The notes: a model not told the origin generated them from the letters alone. Shown: positions 1-8,107, counted from the stretch's first letter. The stretch is DNA of 64,000 nucleotides from IMGVR_UViG_3300037882_003354:124001-188000; one strand, 5' to 3'. Numbers and translations are program-made.

Positions 1-17
1 TTGAACCTGGAATCCTG

Positions 18-242
18 ATGAATCACAGTCCCATTCTGCAGTGGACAGCCACTGCCGTGACACTGCTGGGCGCCATGCTCACAGCGGCAGCTCTGGATCC
101 CTGGAATGTCTACTGTCTGAATGCCGGCAGTGGCCTGTGGCTCATCTGGGCCTGGCGGGTGCGCAGCCGCAGCTTGATCGTGGTCAACGCTGGCCTGGTG
201 CTCATATACATGGCAGGCCTGGTCCGAGCCTTCTTTGCTTGA
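18..242 (+). CDS. small membrane protein
   Basis: 74 aa, three hydrophobic segments; TGA stop lies inside the next TTGACA. Confidence 0.7.
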   Translation: MNHSPILQWTATAVTLLGAMLTAAALDPWNVYCLNAGSGLWLIWAWRVRSRSLIVVNAGLVLIYMAGLVRAFFA

Positions 243-266
243 CAATCTGGATCATTGTGCTATAGT
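239..266 (+). promoter_or_regulatory. early sigma70-type promoter P1
   Basis: TTGACA-16-TATAGT with TGn extended -10. Confidence 0.8.
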
Positions 267-296
267 ACTGACATCGCAACACAACAAGGAAGACAC

Positions 297-554
297 ATGA
301 AGAAAGACCTTATGACCCGTGACCTGAAACGGCATGCCCTGGTACAAGACACCGTGACTGGCTTTGTGCAGGCTCAGTACGAATTGCATGACAGCCATGC
401 CTACGCCACCGGCTACATGGAGAGCCTGCTGGTGCAGATCTTGACCTATCACGTGACTGAGGCCAACCGTGCCCGATTCCTGGATGAGCTGGCTCGCAGC
501 GCCGACAAGGCTCGGGTGGAGAGCACCTACAGGGCATTGACCCTGGCTGCGTGA
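297..554 (+). CDS. hypothetical early protein
   Basis: AAGGA SD before ATG 297; open ORF. Confidence 0.75.
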   Translation: MKKDLMTRDLKRHALVQDTVTGFVQAQYELHDSHAYATGYMESLLVQILTYHVTEANRARFLDELARSADKARVESTYRALTLAA

Positions 555-733
555 TGACTGACTACCAGTTCTGCATGATCCTCCGCGATGGCGGCCATCG
601 GATCATCACCGTGGGGGCGGAGAATCAGGATCACGCCCATGACATGTTCCATCGCATCTACGGCACGGACCTGCCGGCCTTCCTGTACCAGCACCCGCCG
701 GCCTTTGTTCAAGAACTGGTTGACAACTCCTGA
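551..733 (+). CDS. hypothetical early protein
   Basis: 60 aa ORF coupled to the upstream stop (GTGATG). Confidence 0.65.
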   Translation: MMTDYQFCMILRDGGHRIITVGAENQDHAHDMFHRIYGTDLPAFLYQHPPAFVQELVDNS

Positions 734-747
734 ACTCCTGCTATAAT
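720..747 (+). promoter_or_regulatory. early promoter P2
   Basis: TTGACA-16-TATAAT. Confidence 0.85.
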
Positions 748-780
748 ACATTCATCACAACGCAACAGGGGAAGCAGAGC

Positions 781-1053
781 ATGGCCTACGTATTGATCAA
801 TCGCAACCAGAAGGGACGGCAAGAAGCCATCCGCACCTATGCCACCTACAAGGGTGCCCTGATTGGCATGCGCGTGAGCAACCGCAACGCCGGCTGGACT
901 CGTAGCAGCCGCTGCTACCTGGGCTACTGCGCCATGGAATGGGGTCATGATGCCGCTGGCGACTACGAGTACGCACCCTACGCCATCATGCACGAGTTTG
1001 ATTACAAGATGCGGCATCAGCCTCTTGACACGGTGCGTGGGGCCGCTGTATAA
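781..1053 (+). CDS. hypothetical early protein
   Basis: AGGGG SD, 90 aa ORF. Confidence 0.75.
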   Translation: MAYVLINRNQKGRQEAIRTYATYKGALIGMRVSNRNAGWTRSSRCYLGYCAMEWGHDAAGDYEYAPYAIMHEFDYKMRHQPLDTVRGAAV

Positions 1054-1054
1054 T
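1025..1054 (+). promoter_or_regulatory. early promoter P3
   Basis: TTGACA-18-TATAAT-acacac-ATG. Confidence 0.85.
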
Positions 1055-1060
1055 ACACAC

Positions 1061-1255
1061 ATGAAGACACAACAGGAGCAACAGATGAATGACTTTAGAC
1101 GGGCCATGCGAGTCATGTGCTCTGCATGTCAAGAATTTCACCAGGTGAAGGATGTGAAATTCATTGACATCCAGGAAGATTATGCCGGCAGGGATCTGAT
1201 GACCTTTGAGTGCTCGGTGACCAGCACCCAACAAAAGGCCTACGTGCTGGGCTGA
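1061..1255 (+). CDS. small zinc-ribbon-like protein (dual start 1061/1085)
   Basis: CSAC...FEC motif; ATG at predicted +1 and in-frame SD-led ATG. Confidence 0.7.
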   Translation: MKTQQEQQMNDFRRAMRVMCSACQEFHQVKDVKFIDIQEDYAGRDLMTFECSVTSTQQKAYVLG

Positions 1256-1259
1256 TCAC

Positions 1260-1287
1260 TTGACAATTGGTGCCATGATGTTATAAT
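1260..1287 (+). promoter_or_regulatory. early promoter P4
   Basis: TTGACA-16-TATAAT-acacac-ATG. Confidence 0.85.
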
Positions 1288-1293
1288 ACACAC

Positions 1294-1518
1294 ATGATGA
1301 CACAACTGGAGCAACACATGAATGAATTCGTAGCATCGGCAGTGGATCGGGTGGAGAGCAAGTTCCTGGTCCACTGCGACACTGATGTTCCAGCCGAGAT
1401 CCTGGCTGATGTCCTGCACTATTGCCGGGTCAAAGGCATTGACTTCGACAACGAGCTGCGCCTGGCTCGTGACTACGTGGAGGCAGAACTGGCTGAGTTT
1501 TTCGGTGTAGGTGCTTGA
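1294..1518 (+). CDS. hypothetical early protein (dual start 1294/1318)
   Basis: 74 aa; ILADVLHYC...GIDFD helical motif; stop inside next TTGACA. Confidence 0.75.
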   Translation: MMTQLEQHMNEFVASAVDRVESKFLVHCDTDVPAEILADVLHYCRVKGIDFDNELRLARDYVEAELAEFFGVGA

Positions 1519-1542
1519 CAACCGGAGCGATCCTGCTATAAT
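1515..1542 (+). promoter_or_regulatory. early promoter P5
   Basis: TTGACA-16-TATAAT-gctgac-ATG. Confidence 0.85.
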
Positions 1543-1548
1543 GCTGAC

Positions 1549-1875
1549 ATGGACAACGCAAAGGAGCAGCAAATGGAACTGAACACACGGCAGGTACGGG
1601 CAATTGCATTGAAGGCAACGGACAAGCCCTTCCACACTTGGACGGACAAGACCAGCGACTACGATGACGCACGACGCAGCGTGGTGTGGAGTTTTTATGG
1701 CACGGGTGGGGCACAGGCATTGTTTGACCTGTTGCAGGCAGAGTTTGCACGGCTGGGCGTGACGAATAAGTTGACGCTCACGGGCACTGCCTATGAATAC
1801 GTGCGCGTGATTGCACCCCTGGGCAATCTGCCTGCCCTGCGCTGGCAGGACTTGCCTGAAGTTTATCCCATCTGA
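1549..1875 (+). CDS. hypothetical early protein (dual start 1549/1573)
   Basis: 108 aa ORF, AAGGAG internal SD. Confidence 0.75.
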   Translation: MDNAKEQQMELNTRQVRAIALKATDKPFHTWTDKTSDYDDARRSVVWSFYGTGGAQALFDLLQAEFARLGVTNKLTLTGTAYEYVRVIAPLGNLPALRWQDLPEVYPI

Positions 1876-1889
1876 TGGTGGCAGGGTGC

Positions 1890-1918
1890 TTGACAACACC
1901 AGCACCCTGCGCTATAAT
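1890..1918 (+). promoter_or_regulatory. early promoter P6 with inverted repeat across -35
   Basis: TTGACA-17-TATAAT; GCAGGGTGCT 1881-1890 / AGCACCCTGC 1901-1910. Confidence 0.85.
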
Positions 1919-1924
1919 ACACAC

Positions 1925-2149
1925 ATGACGACGCAACAACAGGAGAGGCAAATGACGGTGACCCAATACCTGATGACCCAGGGCTGCGGCCAGGAAGAGA
2001 TCCGCACCATCCTGGAAGAGATGGAGTATCACAGGCAGCAGGAGCTCTGGGTGTCCCAGGACCCCCACGGCGATGAGGGCATGGACTGGGATGCGTTTGA
2101 TGACGCGCAGGCCGAAAGGCTCTGGCCAGAAGCAGAAGATTTTGCTTGA
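1925..2149 (+). CDS. small acidic protein (dual start 1925/1952)
   Basis: MTTQQQERQM start; D/E-rich; stop inside next TTGACA. Confidence 0.7.
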   Translation: MTTQQQERQMTVTQYLMTQGCGQEEIRTILEEMEYHRQQELWVSQDPHGDEGMDWDAFDDAQAERLWPEAEDFA

Positions 2150-2173
2150 CATTCCAAACGAATGCGTTATAAT
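2146..2173 (+). promoter_or_regulatory. early promoter P7
   Basis: TTGACA-16-TATAAT. Confidence 0.85.
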
Positions 2174-2206
2174 GCAGACTTACACACAACGAAAGGCGAC
2201 ACTAAC

Positions 2207-3085
2207 ATGGCAAAGGCAGCAATGAAGAACCCCAGCAAAGGCACCAGCACCGTGCTGGAATTTGACACCGACGCTATCAAAAGGCGTGAACAAGAAGTGG
2301 CACTGGAGAGCGATGAGGACATCATCAATCGCCTGCGCGAGCGCTTTGACATCCTGACTGACATGACCAAGGCGGTCAAAGAAGGCCATGTGCGGGCCAT
2401 GATTGTAAGCGGTCCACCGGGCGTGGGCAAGAGCTACGGCGTGGAGGCTGTGCTGGAGAAGGACGACTTGTTCAACAAGTTGGCAGAACGCAAGCCCAAG
2501 TACGAGATCGTCAAGGGCGCCATGAGCAGCATTGGACTCTACGCCAAGCTCTACGAGTTCAGCAAGGCTGGCAACGTGGTGGTGTTCGACGACTGCGACA
2601 GCATCCTGATGGAGGACCTGAGCCTGAACATCCTGAAGGGTGCACTGGACAGCAGCAGCCGCCGCTTCATCAGCTGGAACACCGACAGCCGCATCCTGCG
2701 CGCCGAGGGCATTCCCGACCGCTTTGAGTTCTGTGCAGGTGCCATCTTCATCACCAACATCAAGTTTGAGCACGTGCGCAGCAAGAAGCTCAAGGACCAC
2801 CTGGATGCACTGGAGTCGCGCTGCCACTACATTGACCTGCAGATGGACACCACACGCGAGAAGATCCTGCGCATCCGGCAGATCATCAACGATGGCATGC
2901 TGGAGAAGTACGAGTTCAGTCAGCCGGACCTGGTGCGTGACGAGCTGGTGGAGTTCGTGGTGGACAACCAGGACCGACTGCGTGAGCTGAGCCTGCGCAT
3001 GGTGCTCAAGTTGGCGGACCTGCGCAAGAGCTTCCCCACCAATTGGCAAGCCATGGCCAAGACCACTTGTATGCGTCGGTCATGA
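2207..3085 (+). CDS. AAA+ family P-loop ATPase
   Basis: Walker A GPPGVGKS, Walker B VVVFDDCD, sensor FITN, arginine-finger-like ALESRC. Confidence 0.85.
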   Translation: MAKAAMKNPSKGTSTVLEFDTDAIKRREQEVALESDEDIINRLRERFDILTDMTKAVKEGHVRAMIVSGPPGVGKSYGVEAVLEKDDLFNKLAERKPKYEIVKGAMSSIGLYAKLYEFSKAGNVVVFDDCDSILMEDLSLNILKGALDSSSRRFISWNTDSRILRAEGIPDRFEFCAGAIFITNIKFEHVRSKKLKDHLDALESRCHYIDLQMDTTREKILRIRQIINDGMLEKYEFSQPDLVRDELVEFVVDNQDRLRELSLRMVLKLADLRKSFPTNWQAMAKTTCMRRS

Positions 3086-3360
3086 TCAACCAACTGCTCT
3101 ACGCCACCTGGGTGGAGCGCCTGGTGGCGCTCACCGCCCAGGCCCTGGTGCTGTGGTGGGTGGGTGCCCAACTGGAGGGAGATCACTTCTGGGCCTTGTG
3201 CAGCATCCTGGCCATGACCCTGGTGTTGGAGTACTTGGCCTGGCAACAGGGCATTGCACAAGGCATGGCCATCTACGCGGGACTGACACCACAGCAACAG
3301 GCTGACGTCAGTGCCATCTTAAACTCAACCGACGACACAACTGAAGAAGAACAAAAATGA
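3082..3360 (+). CDS. membrane protein
   Basis: ATGA overlap with the ATPase stop; two hydrophobic helices. Confidence 0.7.
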   Translation: MINQLLYATWVERLVALTAQALVLWWVGAQLEGDHFWALCSILAMTLVLEYLAWQQGIAQGMAIYAGLTPQQQADVSAILNSTDDTTEEEQK

Positions 3361-3587
3361 ACAACCCATGCACCTGGATTGGCCCATACGGACTAAAGTG
3401 TACATGTGACCGACCGGCCATGCCCACCCGCAACTATTGTGAGGATCACATCTGGTTGATCTATCAGAAGGGCACCAACCTACGCCGACGACACAAGGAC
3501 ATTCGAGTGGCTAATGCCGTGTGGGACTGGGAGAGCGAGTTCAACTCAGCGGTGCAGGAACTGGTGGAAGAAGGCTTCGAAGTTTAA
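3357..3587 (+). CDS. small Cys/His-containing protein
   Basis: CTW..C.C..NYCEDH; ATGA overlap. Confidence 0.7.
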   Translation: MNNPCTWIGPYGLKCTCDRPAMPTRNYCEDHIWLIYQKGTNLRRRHKDIRVANAVWDWESEFNSAVQELVEEGFEV

Positions 3588-3595
3588 AAGATTGC

Positions 3596-3623
3596 TTGAC
3601 ATCTCTTGTGATTGTGCTATACT
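3596..3623 (+). promoter_or_regulatory. early promoter P8
   Basis: TTGACA-16-TATACT. Confidence 0.85.
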
Positions 3624-3653
3624 ACATTCATCAACAACGCAAAGGAAGACGAA

Positions 3654-4268
3654 ATGCCTAACTGGTGCAACAATCGAGTGACACTGACCCACACAGACCC
3701 TGTGATGATTGACCGTGCTGTCAAGGCCTACCAACAGGGTCGCTTGCTGAACGAGTTCATCCCTGTGCCACAGGAACTCATGGACACCCAGGCCAGCCCG
3801 GGCACCCAGGAGGAGGCCCTGGTGGCCCAGCGCACAGCCAATACAGAGAAGTTTGGTTTCGCCGACTGGTATACCTTCTGTCTGACCAACTGGGGCACCA
3901 AGTGGGATGTGGGTGGCGATGGTGAGTTCATCGAGCAAGACTCGCCCAATGAGGTCGAACTGGCTTTTGACAGCGCCTGGGCACCACCCATTGCGGCCTA
4001 CGAGCAACTGGAGGGCCTGGGTTTTGAGATTGAAGCCTATTACTTTGAACCCGGCATGGCCTTCTGCGGCGTCTGGACCAATGAGTTCGGTGACGACTAC
4101 TGTGAATACACAGACATGACACCGCAAGAGATCCGTGATCAGATGCCCGAGATTGACGAACGCTTCTGCATCAGCGACATGCTGGAGGAGTGGGCACGAG
4201 AAGAGGCTGAGAATGAAGAGAACCTGGAGATTGACCTGGACGGCGGCTTGAGCGCCACCAACGAATAA
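3654..4268 (+). CDS. DUF1281/YubB ferredoxin-like domain protein
   Basis: MPNWCNN, W..C..NWGTKWD and FDSAWAPP motifs characteristic of this family. Confidence 0.75.
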   Translation: MPNWCNNRVTLTHTDPVMIDRAVKAYQQGRLLNEFIPVPQELMDTQASPGTQEEALVAQRTANTEKFGFADWYTFCLTNWGTKWDVGGDGEFIEQDSPNEVELAFDSAWAPPIAAYEQLEGLGFEIEAYYFEPGMAFCGVWTNEFGDDYCEYTDMTPQEIRDQMPEIDERFCISDMLEEWAREEAENEENLEIDLDGGLSATNE

Positions 4269-4271
4269 AGA

Positions 4272-4300
4272 TTGACAGGGGCTCAGTCCCCTGTTATAAT
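4272..4300 (+). promoter_or_regulatory. early promoter P9 with hairpin in spacer
   Basis: TTGACA-17-TATAAT; ACAGGGG 4275-4281 / CCCCTGT 4288-4294. Confidence 0.85.
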
Positions 4301-4329
4301 ACGACATCAACACAACAAAAGGAAACAAG

Positions 4330-4719
4330 ATGGCAACTCGCGGCGTAATTGGGGTCATGTATGGTGAAGTCTGCAAGAGCATTTATGTGCACTGGGATTC
4401 GTATCTGGGCGGTGTGGGTGCCACGCTGCTGGAGAACTACGGACGAGTGGGTGCTAGCGAACTCATTGCCTGCGGCAACGTCAGCAGCCTGGGTGCCACC
4501 ATTCCGGACACCCGGTTCTTTGACCAAGAAACCGAGTGCCTGACTGCCAACAACTTTGAAGAGTTCCTGGATCAGTGGGGCGACTCCTGGATAGAGTACA
4601 TGTACATCATGGGCATGGATGAGCAGTGGTATGTGGTGCGTGACAACCGCAGCCTGCAACTGTTGAGCGAGGCCCTGGCGGCCGAACGGGCCTTGGACAA
4701 CATGAAGGAGCAAGCATAA
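4330..4719 (+). CDS. conserved phage hypothetical protein
   Basis: MATRxxIG...SIYVHWDSY motif typical of a widespread phage early family; AAAGGA SD. Confidence 0.75.
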   Translation: MATRGVIGVMYGEVCKSIYVHWDSYLGGVGATLLENYGRVGASELIACGNVSSLGATIPDTRFFDQETECLTANNFEEFLDQWGDSWIEYMYIMGMDEQWYVVRDNRSLQLLSEALAAERALDNMKEQA

Positions 4720-4931
4720 TGGGTCTGGAAAAGGTGGTGCTCAGGGACTTGGAAGATGAATCGGTCTATGACGTCTATTGGTCATCAGGCCGCTTGTACT
4801 ACATGAACGAATGGGACTTGCCCACCATTCGTCAGGTGCTCAGGGATCGTTACCCATTGGTGAACCAGGACATCCTGGTGGCTGATACAGATGCTGTCAT
4901 GTTCGATCCCTATGCAACTGTCAACAGCTAG
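4719..4931 (+). CDS. hypothetical protein
   Basis: TAATG coupling, AAGGAG SD. Confidence 0.7.
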   Translation: MGLEKVVLRDLEDESVYDVYWSSGRLYYMNEWDLPTIRQVLRDRYPLVNQDILVADTDAVMFDPYATVNS

Positions 4932-4969
4932 ACACCCTAAAACCCCGCTGCAAGGGTGGGCAGAATCGG

Positions 4970-4998
4970 TTGACAAGACTGAATTTACATGTTAAACT
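4970..4998 (+). promoter_or_regulatory. early promoter P10
   Basis: TTGACA-17-TAAACT. Confidence 0.65.
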
Positions 4999-5049
4999 AA
5001 TGACACTGGACCAATGATGGTTCGGTATTACACACACAAAGGAAATTTT

Positions 5050-5451
5050 ATGACTGACAAGACTTATACCCACGCTGGCGTGAGCACTTTTGAAGGCGTG
5101 ATCAAGCCGCGCTTCACCTGCAATCCCAATCGTGTGAAGACCATGATCAAGGAAGGGCACACTGCCATCGACTTCCTGGAGCTCTTGAAGCCCATGACCA
5201 CGCAGGAGGCCATCGCTTACTTGCTCAAGATCAATTACGGTGACGACGCCACTCGTGCGGCACTCACGGCAGCCCTGGACCGTCGCGTGCCGGCTGTCAA
5301 GGCACCCAAGACCGTCCGGGTCAAGGCTGAGAAGAAGGTCAAGCCCACCTTGTCGTCCATCGCTGCACGTGGCCCCCGCAATCCTGTGACCCAGGTCACC
5401 CGAGCTGAGGTTGAAGCCCAGCTGGCCGATCTGGACGACGCGCCCTTCTAA
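5050..5451 (+). CDS. basic hypothetical protein
   Basis: AAAGGA SD; K/A/P-rich C-half, ends DLDDAPF (SSB-like acidic tip). Confidence 0.75.
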   Translation: MTDKTYTHAGVSTFEGVIKPRFTCNPNRVKTMIKEGHTAIDFLELLKPMTTQEAIAYLLKINYGDDATRAALTAALDRRVPAVKAPKTVRVKAEKKVKPTLSSIAARGPRNPVTQVTRAEVEAQLADLDDAPF

Positions 5452-5456
5452 GCACC

Positions 5457-5669
5457 ATGAGCCAACTGCTGTTCGTTGGCCGTCCCTGGACGGTGTTTGA
5501 CGCCCACAACCGTCAGCACCGCCAGTGGTTCGCGGAGTTCCAGCGCCGCCGCTCCTGGGGCTCCTGTCCTGTCAGGTTCATCATCCCGGACGACGCTGGG
5601 GACTTATTGAGTATGATCCAGGGCCGGTTAATAGAATATTATACCAATAAAGAGTTTAAAATCAGTTGA
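5457..5669 (+). CDS. hypothetical protein
   Basis: 70 aa, FD..N..HR..F..F....SWG.CP motif; stop inside next TTGACA. Confidence 0.75.
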   Translation: MSQLLFVGRPWTVFDAHNRQHRQWFAEFQRRRSWGSCPVRFIIPDDAGDLLSMIQGRLIEYYTNKEFKIS

Positions 5670-5720
5670 CATCCTGACAGATACTGTATACCATAGTATC
5701 AACTGTTTGAATACAGTATC
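5666..5720 (+). promoter_or_regulatory. promoter P11 with candidate operator
   Basis: TTGACA-17-TACCAT; perfect IR GATACTGTAT 5680-5689 / ATACAGTATC 5711-5720. Confidence 0.65.
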
Positions 5721-5736
5721 ACATAAGGATATCAAA

Positions 5737-5982
5737 ATGAGTTTAATCAAATTAACCAAGCCGCAAAACCAATTTCTAGAAGAGCACCTTCGTGGAACTG
5801 GACGCACCCTGAGCGCACGTCAGGCACGGGCCGCCTACGGCATCCAGAACCTCCGCGCTCGCATGACGGAACTTCGTCACGCTGGGTTGCGAGTCACCAC
5901 TGACATCAACAGTCAGGGCCGCACAGTGTATGCCATCAGCAGCCGTGACGTCACCGGCAGTCGTGCTGCCCGCTTTGCCTGA
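5737..5982 (+). CDS. winged helix-turn-helix DNA-binding protein
   Basis: LSARQARAAYGIQNLRARMTELRHAGLRV pattern of HTH_39-like wHTH; TAAGGA SD. Confidence 0.7.
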   Translation: MSLIKLTKPQNQFLEEHLRGTGRTLSARQARAAYGIQNLRARMTELRHAGLRVTTDINSQGRTVYAISSRDVTGSRAARFA

Positions 5983-6200
5983 TGCATGACATCACAGTCG
6001 CCGTGCAGTTGACTGGGCAGGATCTGGAGTTCCTGGACTCGGTGTTGAAGTGTGTGATTGACACCAACACTGAGCAGGAGGCTGAGACACTGACCCTGCT
6101 GCGTGCCAGACTGGCCCATGCCCAGGCAGAGTTGATGAGTGCCAGGGCCATGGCCCTGGCATTAAATACTCAGTCTTATATTAAAGGAGATAGATTATGA
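5982..6200 (+). CDS. hypothetical protein
   Basis: TGATG coupling; 72 aa. Confidence 0.6.
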   Translation: MHDITVAVQLTGQDLEFLDSVLKCVIDTNTEQEAETLTLLRARLAHAQAELMSARAMALALNTQSYIKGDRL

Positions 6201-6430
6201 GCAATTTAGATACTAAAGTATCAGAAGTCACCGCGGAAGTGGTAGTCAGTCAGTTGACTGGCAAGAAGTGGTACCTGTCCAAGACACTCTGGGCCAACGT
6301 GGGCATGATTGCAGCCATCTGGTTCCAGGGCCACTTTGGAGTTGCCATGAGCGTGGAACTGCAGGCCCTAATCATGGCTGGTGTCAACATGGCACTGCGC
6401 ACCATCACCAAGGAACCTGTGGTCTGGTGA
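6197..6430 (+). CDS. small membrane protein, possibly holin-like
   Basis: GKKWYLSKTLWAN followed by two TM helices; AAGGAG SD; late-type TAAATA at 6163-6168. Confidence 0.55.
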   Translation: MSNLDTKVSEVTAEVVVSQLTGKKWYLSKTLWANVGMIAAIWFQGHFGVAMSVELQALIMAGVNMALRTITKEPVVW

Positions 6431-6431
6431 G

Positions 6432-6460
6432 TTGACAAGAACCGCATCACCTGCTATACT
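6432..6460 (+). promoter_or_regulatory. early promoter P12
   Basis: TTGACA-17-TATACT. Confidence 0.8.
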
Positions 6461-6488
6461 GACTCCACATTAACACATGGAGTTGGAA

Positions 6489-6575
6489 ATGCAGCAGGTG
6501 AAATTGGTTCTGGGTTGGATCGCCGTCATTGTCCTGTCAGCCTTCATGGGTGTTTTACTCGCCTGGAGGGGTTGA
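6489..6575 (+). CDS. 28 aa single-TM micro-protein (not in ORF track)
   Basis: MQQVKLVLGWIAVIVLSAFMGVLLAWRG; GGAG SD; own promoter; stop inside next TTGACA. Confidence 0.65.
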   Translation: MQQVKLVLGWIAVIVLSAFMGVLLAWRG

Positions 6576-6600
6576 CAGGACTCTTCTCTGACTGTAGAAT
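6572..6600 (+). promoter_or_regulatory. early promoter P13
   Basis: TTGACA-17-TAGAAT-acacac-ATG. Confidence 0.8.
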
Positions 6601-6606
6601 ACACAC

Positions 6607-6807
6607 ATGAAATACAACATCCAGCAAGAGACCACCCAGTGGGCCAGCCCCACCACTCCCAATCATGTGTACATTTTTGAAGGCACGGTGAGCGGCCGTG
6701 GGGCCAAGGCCATTGGCTACGTCAAGGCTGGCACCACTCACGTGCAGCGATTCCGTGTGCCCATGATGATGGACACTCGCGGCAGGACCTTTGTTGCCTT
6801 GAAATGA
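6607..6807 (+). CDS. hypothetical protein, leaderless
   Basis: ATG 6 nt after -10, no SD, no nearby alternative start. Confidence 0.75.
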   Translation: MKYNIQQETTQWASPTTPNHVYIFEGTVSGRGAKAIGYVKAGTTHVQRFRVPMMMDTRGRTFVALK

Positions 6808-6992
6808 GAAACAGCAGATACGGTTTTGACACCCTGCCAGCCATCCCATTCACCAGTGCGCCCTGGGTGCCTGTGGGTGAAGCCACTGAGATCACCTGGG
6901 CTCAGGCCTACTCACAGTGGAGTCAGGCGCAACGGGTGCCCGTGACACCACAGGACTTCTTGAAGGCCTTCAGGCTTGACTCCGACAGATGA
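6804..6992 (+). CDS. hypothetical protein
   Basis: ATGA overlap; 62 aa. Confidence 0.6.
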   Translation: MRNSRYGFDTLPAIPFTSAPWVPVGEATEITWAQAYSQWSQAQRVPVTPQDFLKAFRLDSDR

Positions 6993-7004
6993 TGCTGCTA
7001 GAAT
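6976..7004 (+). promoter_or_regulatory. early promoter P14
   Basis: TTGACT-17-TAGAAT. Confidence 0.75.
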
Positions 7005-7030
7005 AGATGCAAGACAACAGGAGTAGACGA

Positions 7031-7177
7031 ATGCCATACACATTGATCACTCCACTGGGACAGATTTACACTTTCTATCTCCAGGTGACGGCCCAGACAT
7101 TCCAGCAGGCCTACGGTGGTCACATCCTGACTGCCGATATGCTGCAGACTGAAGCCCAGCCCATACTCATCAACTAA
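7031..7177 (+). CDS. 48 aa hypothetical protein (not in ORF track)
   Basis: CAGGAG SD; MPYTLITPLGQIYTFY...FQQAYGGHI. Confidence 0.65.
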   Translation: MPYTLITPLGQIYTFYLQVTAQTFQQAYGGHILTADMLQTEAQPILIN

Positions 7178-7188
7178 AAGGAAACCCT

Positions 7189-7434
7189 ATGAAAAACTCC
7201 ACTCTTGCCGCCTGGCGCACCGCCGGCTGGGTCTTGGCCATGGTGGCCTTGTGCCTGATTGCTCACCTGACATTCACCCTGGTGCCCGCCCAGGTGCTGC
7301 TCAACAGCCTGTATGCCCTGATGGGCATTGGCGCCGTGGTGGGCCTGTATCATATAGCACTGGCTCAGATTGAGTACCAGCAGGTGGCACGTGACATCGC
7401 CCAGCGTGAAAAGTTCCCCAACATCCAGGAATAA
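7189..7434 (+). CDS. membrane protein
   Basis: AAAGGA SD; two TM helices. Confidence 0.7.
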   Translation: MKNSTLAAWRTAGWVLAMVALCLIAHLTFTLVPAQVLLNSLYALMGIGAVVGLYHIALAQIEYQQVARDIAQREKFPNIQE

Positions 7435-7437
7435 GTC

Positions 7438-7465
7438 TTGACAAATCGTCAGAAGTCGCTATAAT
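7438..7465 (+). promoter_or_regulatory. early promoter P15
   Basis: TTGACA-16-TATAAT. Confidence 0.85.
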
Positions 7466-7472
7466 GGATCAC

Positions 7473-7718
7473 ATGACGACGCAACAACAGGAGCAGAACA
7501 TGGGCTACACCGTAATCGCAGACAAGTATCAAATGGACCAGATGCGCGACAATTACGGTCCACGCCGGGGCTTGGAAGGGCCTTTCAACTTCAGCGGCCG
7601 GGTTCTGTATTACGACGTCCAGGAGGGCAAGTACTATGACCCTCGCAGCGATTTTTATGTGGAGCAGGATGAAATGAACCTGATCAACGCCCGGCTCATG
7701 AACACGCTCAGGGGCTGA
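7473..7718 (+). CDS. conserved phage hypothetical protein (dual start 7473/7500)
   Basis: GLEGPF...GRVLYYD..EGKYYDP..DFY motif. Confidence 0.75.
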   Translation: MTTQQQEQNMGYTVIADKYQMDQMRDNYGPRRGLEGPFNFSGRVLYYDVQEGKYYDPRSDFYVEQDEMNLINARLMNTLRG

Positions 7719-7719
7719 C

Positions 7720-8070
7720 ATGAGCCGGAACACTCGCATCCATGCACACCGCATGATCCAGGTGATCAAGACTGGTGCCCTGGACACACAGAGCACTGAG
7801 TTTGACGCATGGCAGACGCCCACCACAGCCACCTGGCACATCCTGATCCCTGTGGACACGGCCGCCCGACTGCAGGCCTATCGTGACTGGGTCATGAGCG
7901 CCTGCCAGGATGAGACCGAGAACGTCTACGCTGAGGACGACTTGTTCCAGGCGGGCGAGCCCGTGAGCACGGTCATCGTCAATCACGGGCGTGATCACAT
8001 CGCCCAATTGGATGAGTGGCTGGCGCTCTTGGAGCAGACAGGCTGGGAAGTGTCAGTGGATGCCTGGTAA
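7720..8070 (+). CDS. hypothetical protein
   Basis: 116 aa ORF immediately after the previous stop. Confidence 0.7.
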   Translation: MSRNTRIHAHRMIQVIKTGALDTQSTEFDAWQTPTTATWHILIPVDTAARLQAYRDWVMSACQDETENVYAEDDLFQAGEPVSTVIVNHGRDHIAQLDEWLALLEQTGWEVSVDAW

Positions 8071-8073
8071 GGC

Positions 8074-8101
8074 TTGACACGGCCTGAGAAGTCGCTATAA
8101 T
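8074..8101 (+). promoter_or_regulatory. early promoter P16
   Basis: TTGACA-16-TATAAT-gaacac-ATG. Confidence 0.85.
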
Positions 8102-8107
8102 GAACAC

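Noticed and set aside
255-296. Upstream starts given by the ORF track (255, 947, 1811, 2162, 3612, 7464, 11485)
   Set aside because: They lie inside or upstream of the promoter boxes and so would not be on the cassette mRNA; starts reassigned
2180-3049. Long antisense ORFs (also 3546..4382, 9918..10580, 10754..11518, 32728..33498)
   Set aside because: Shadows of well-supported genes caused by codon bias; no motifs or promoters
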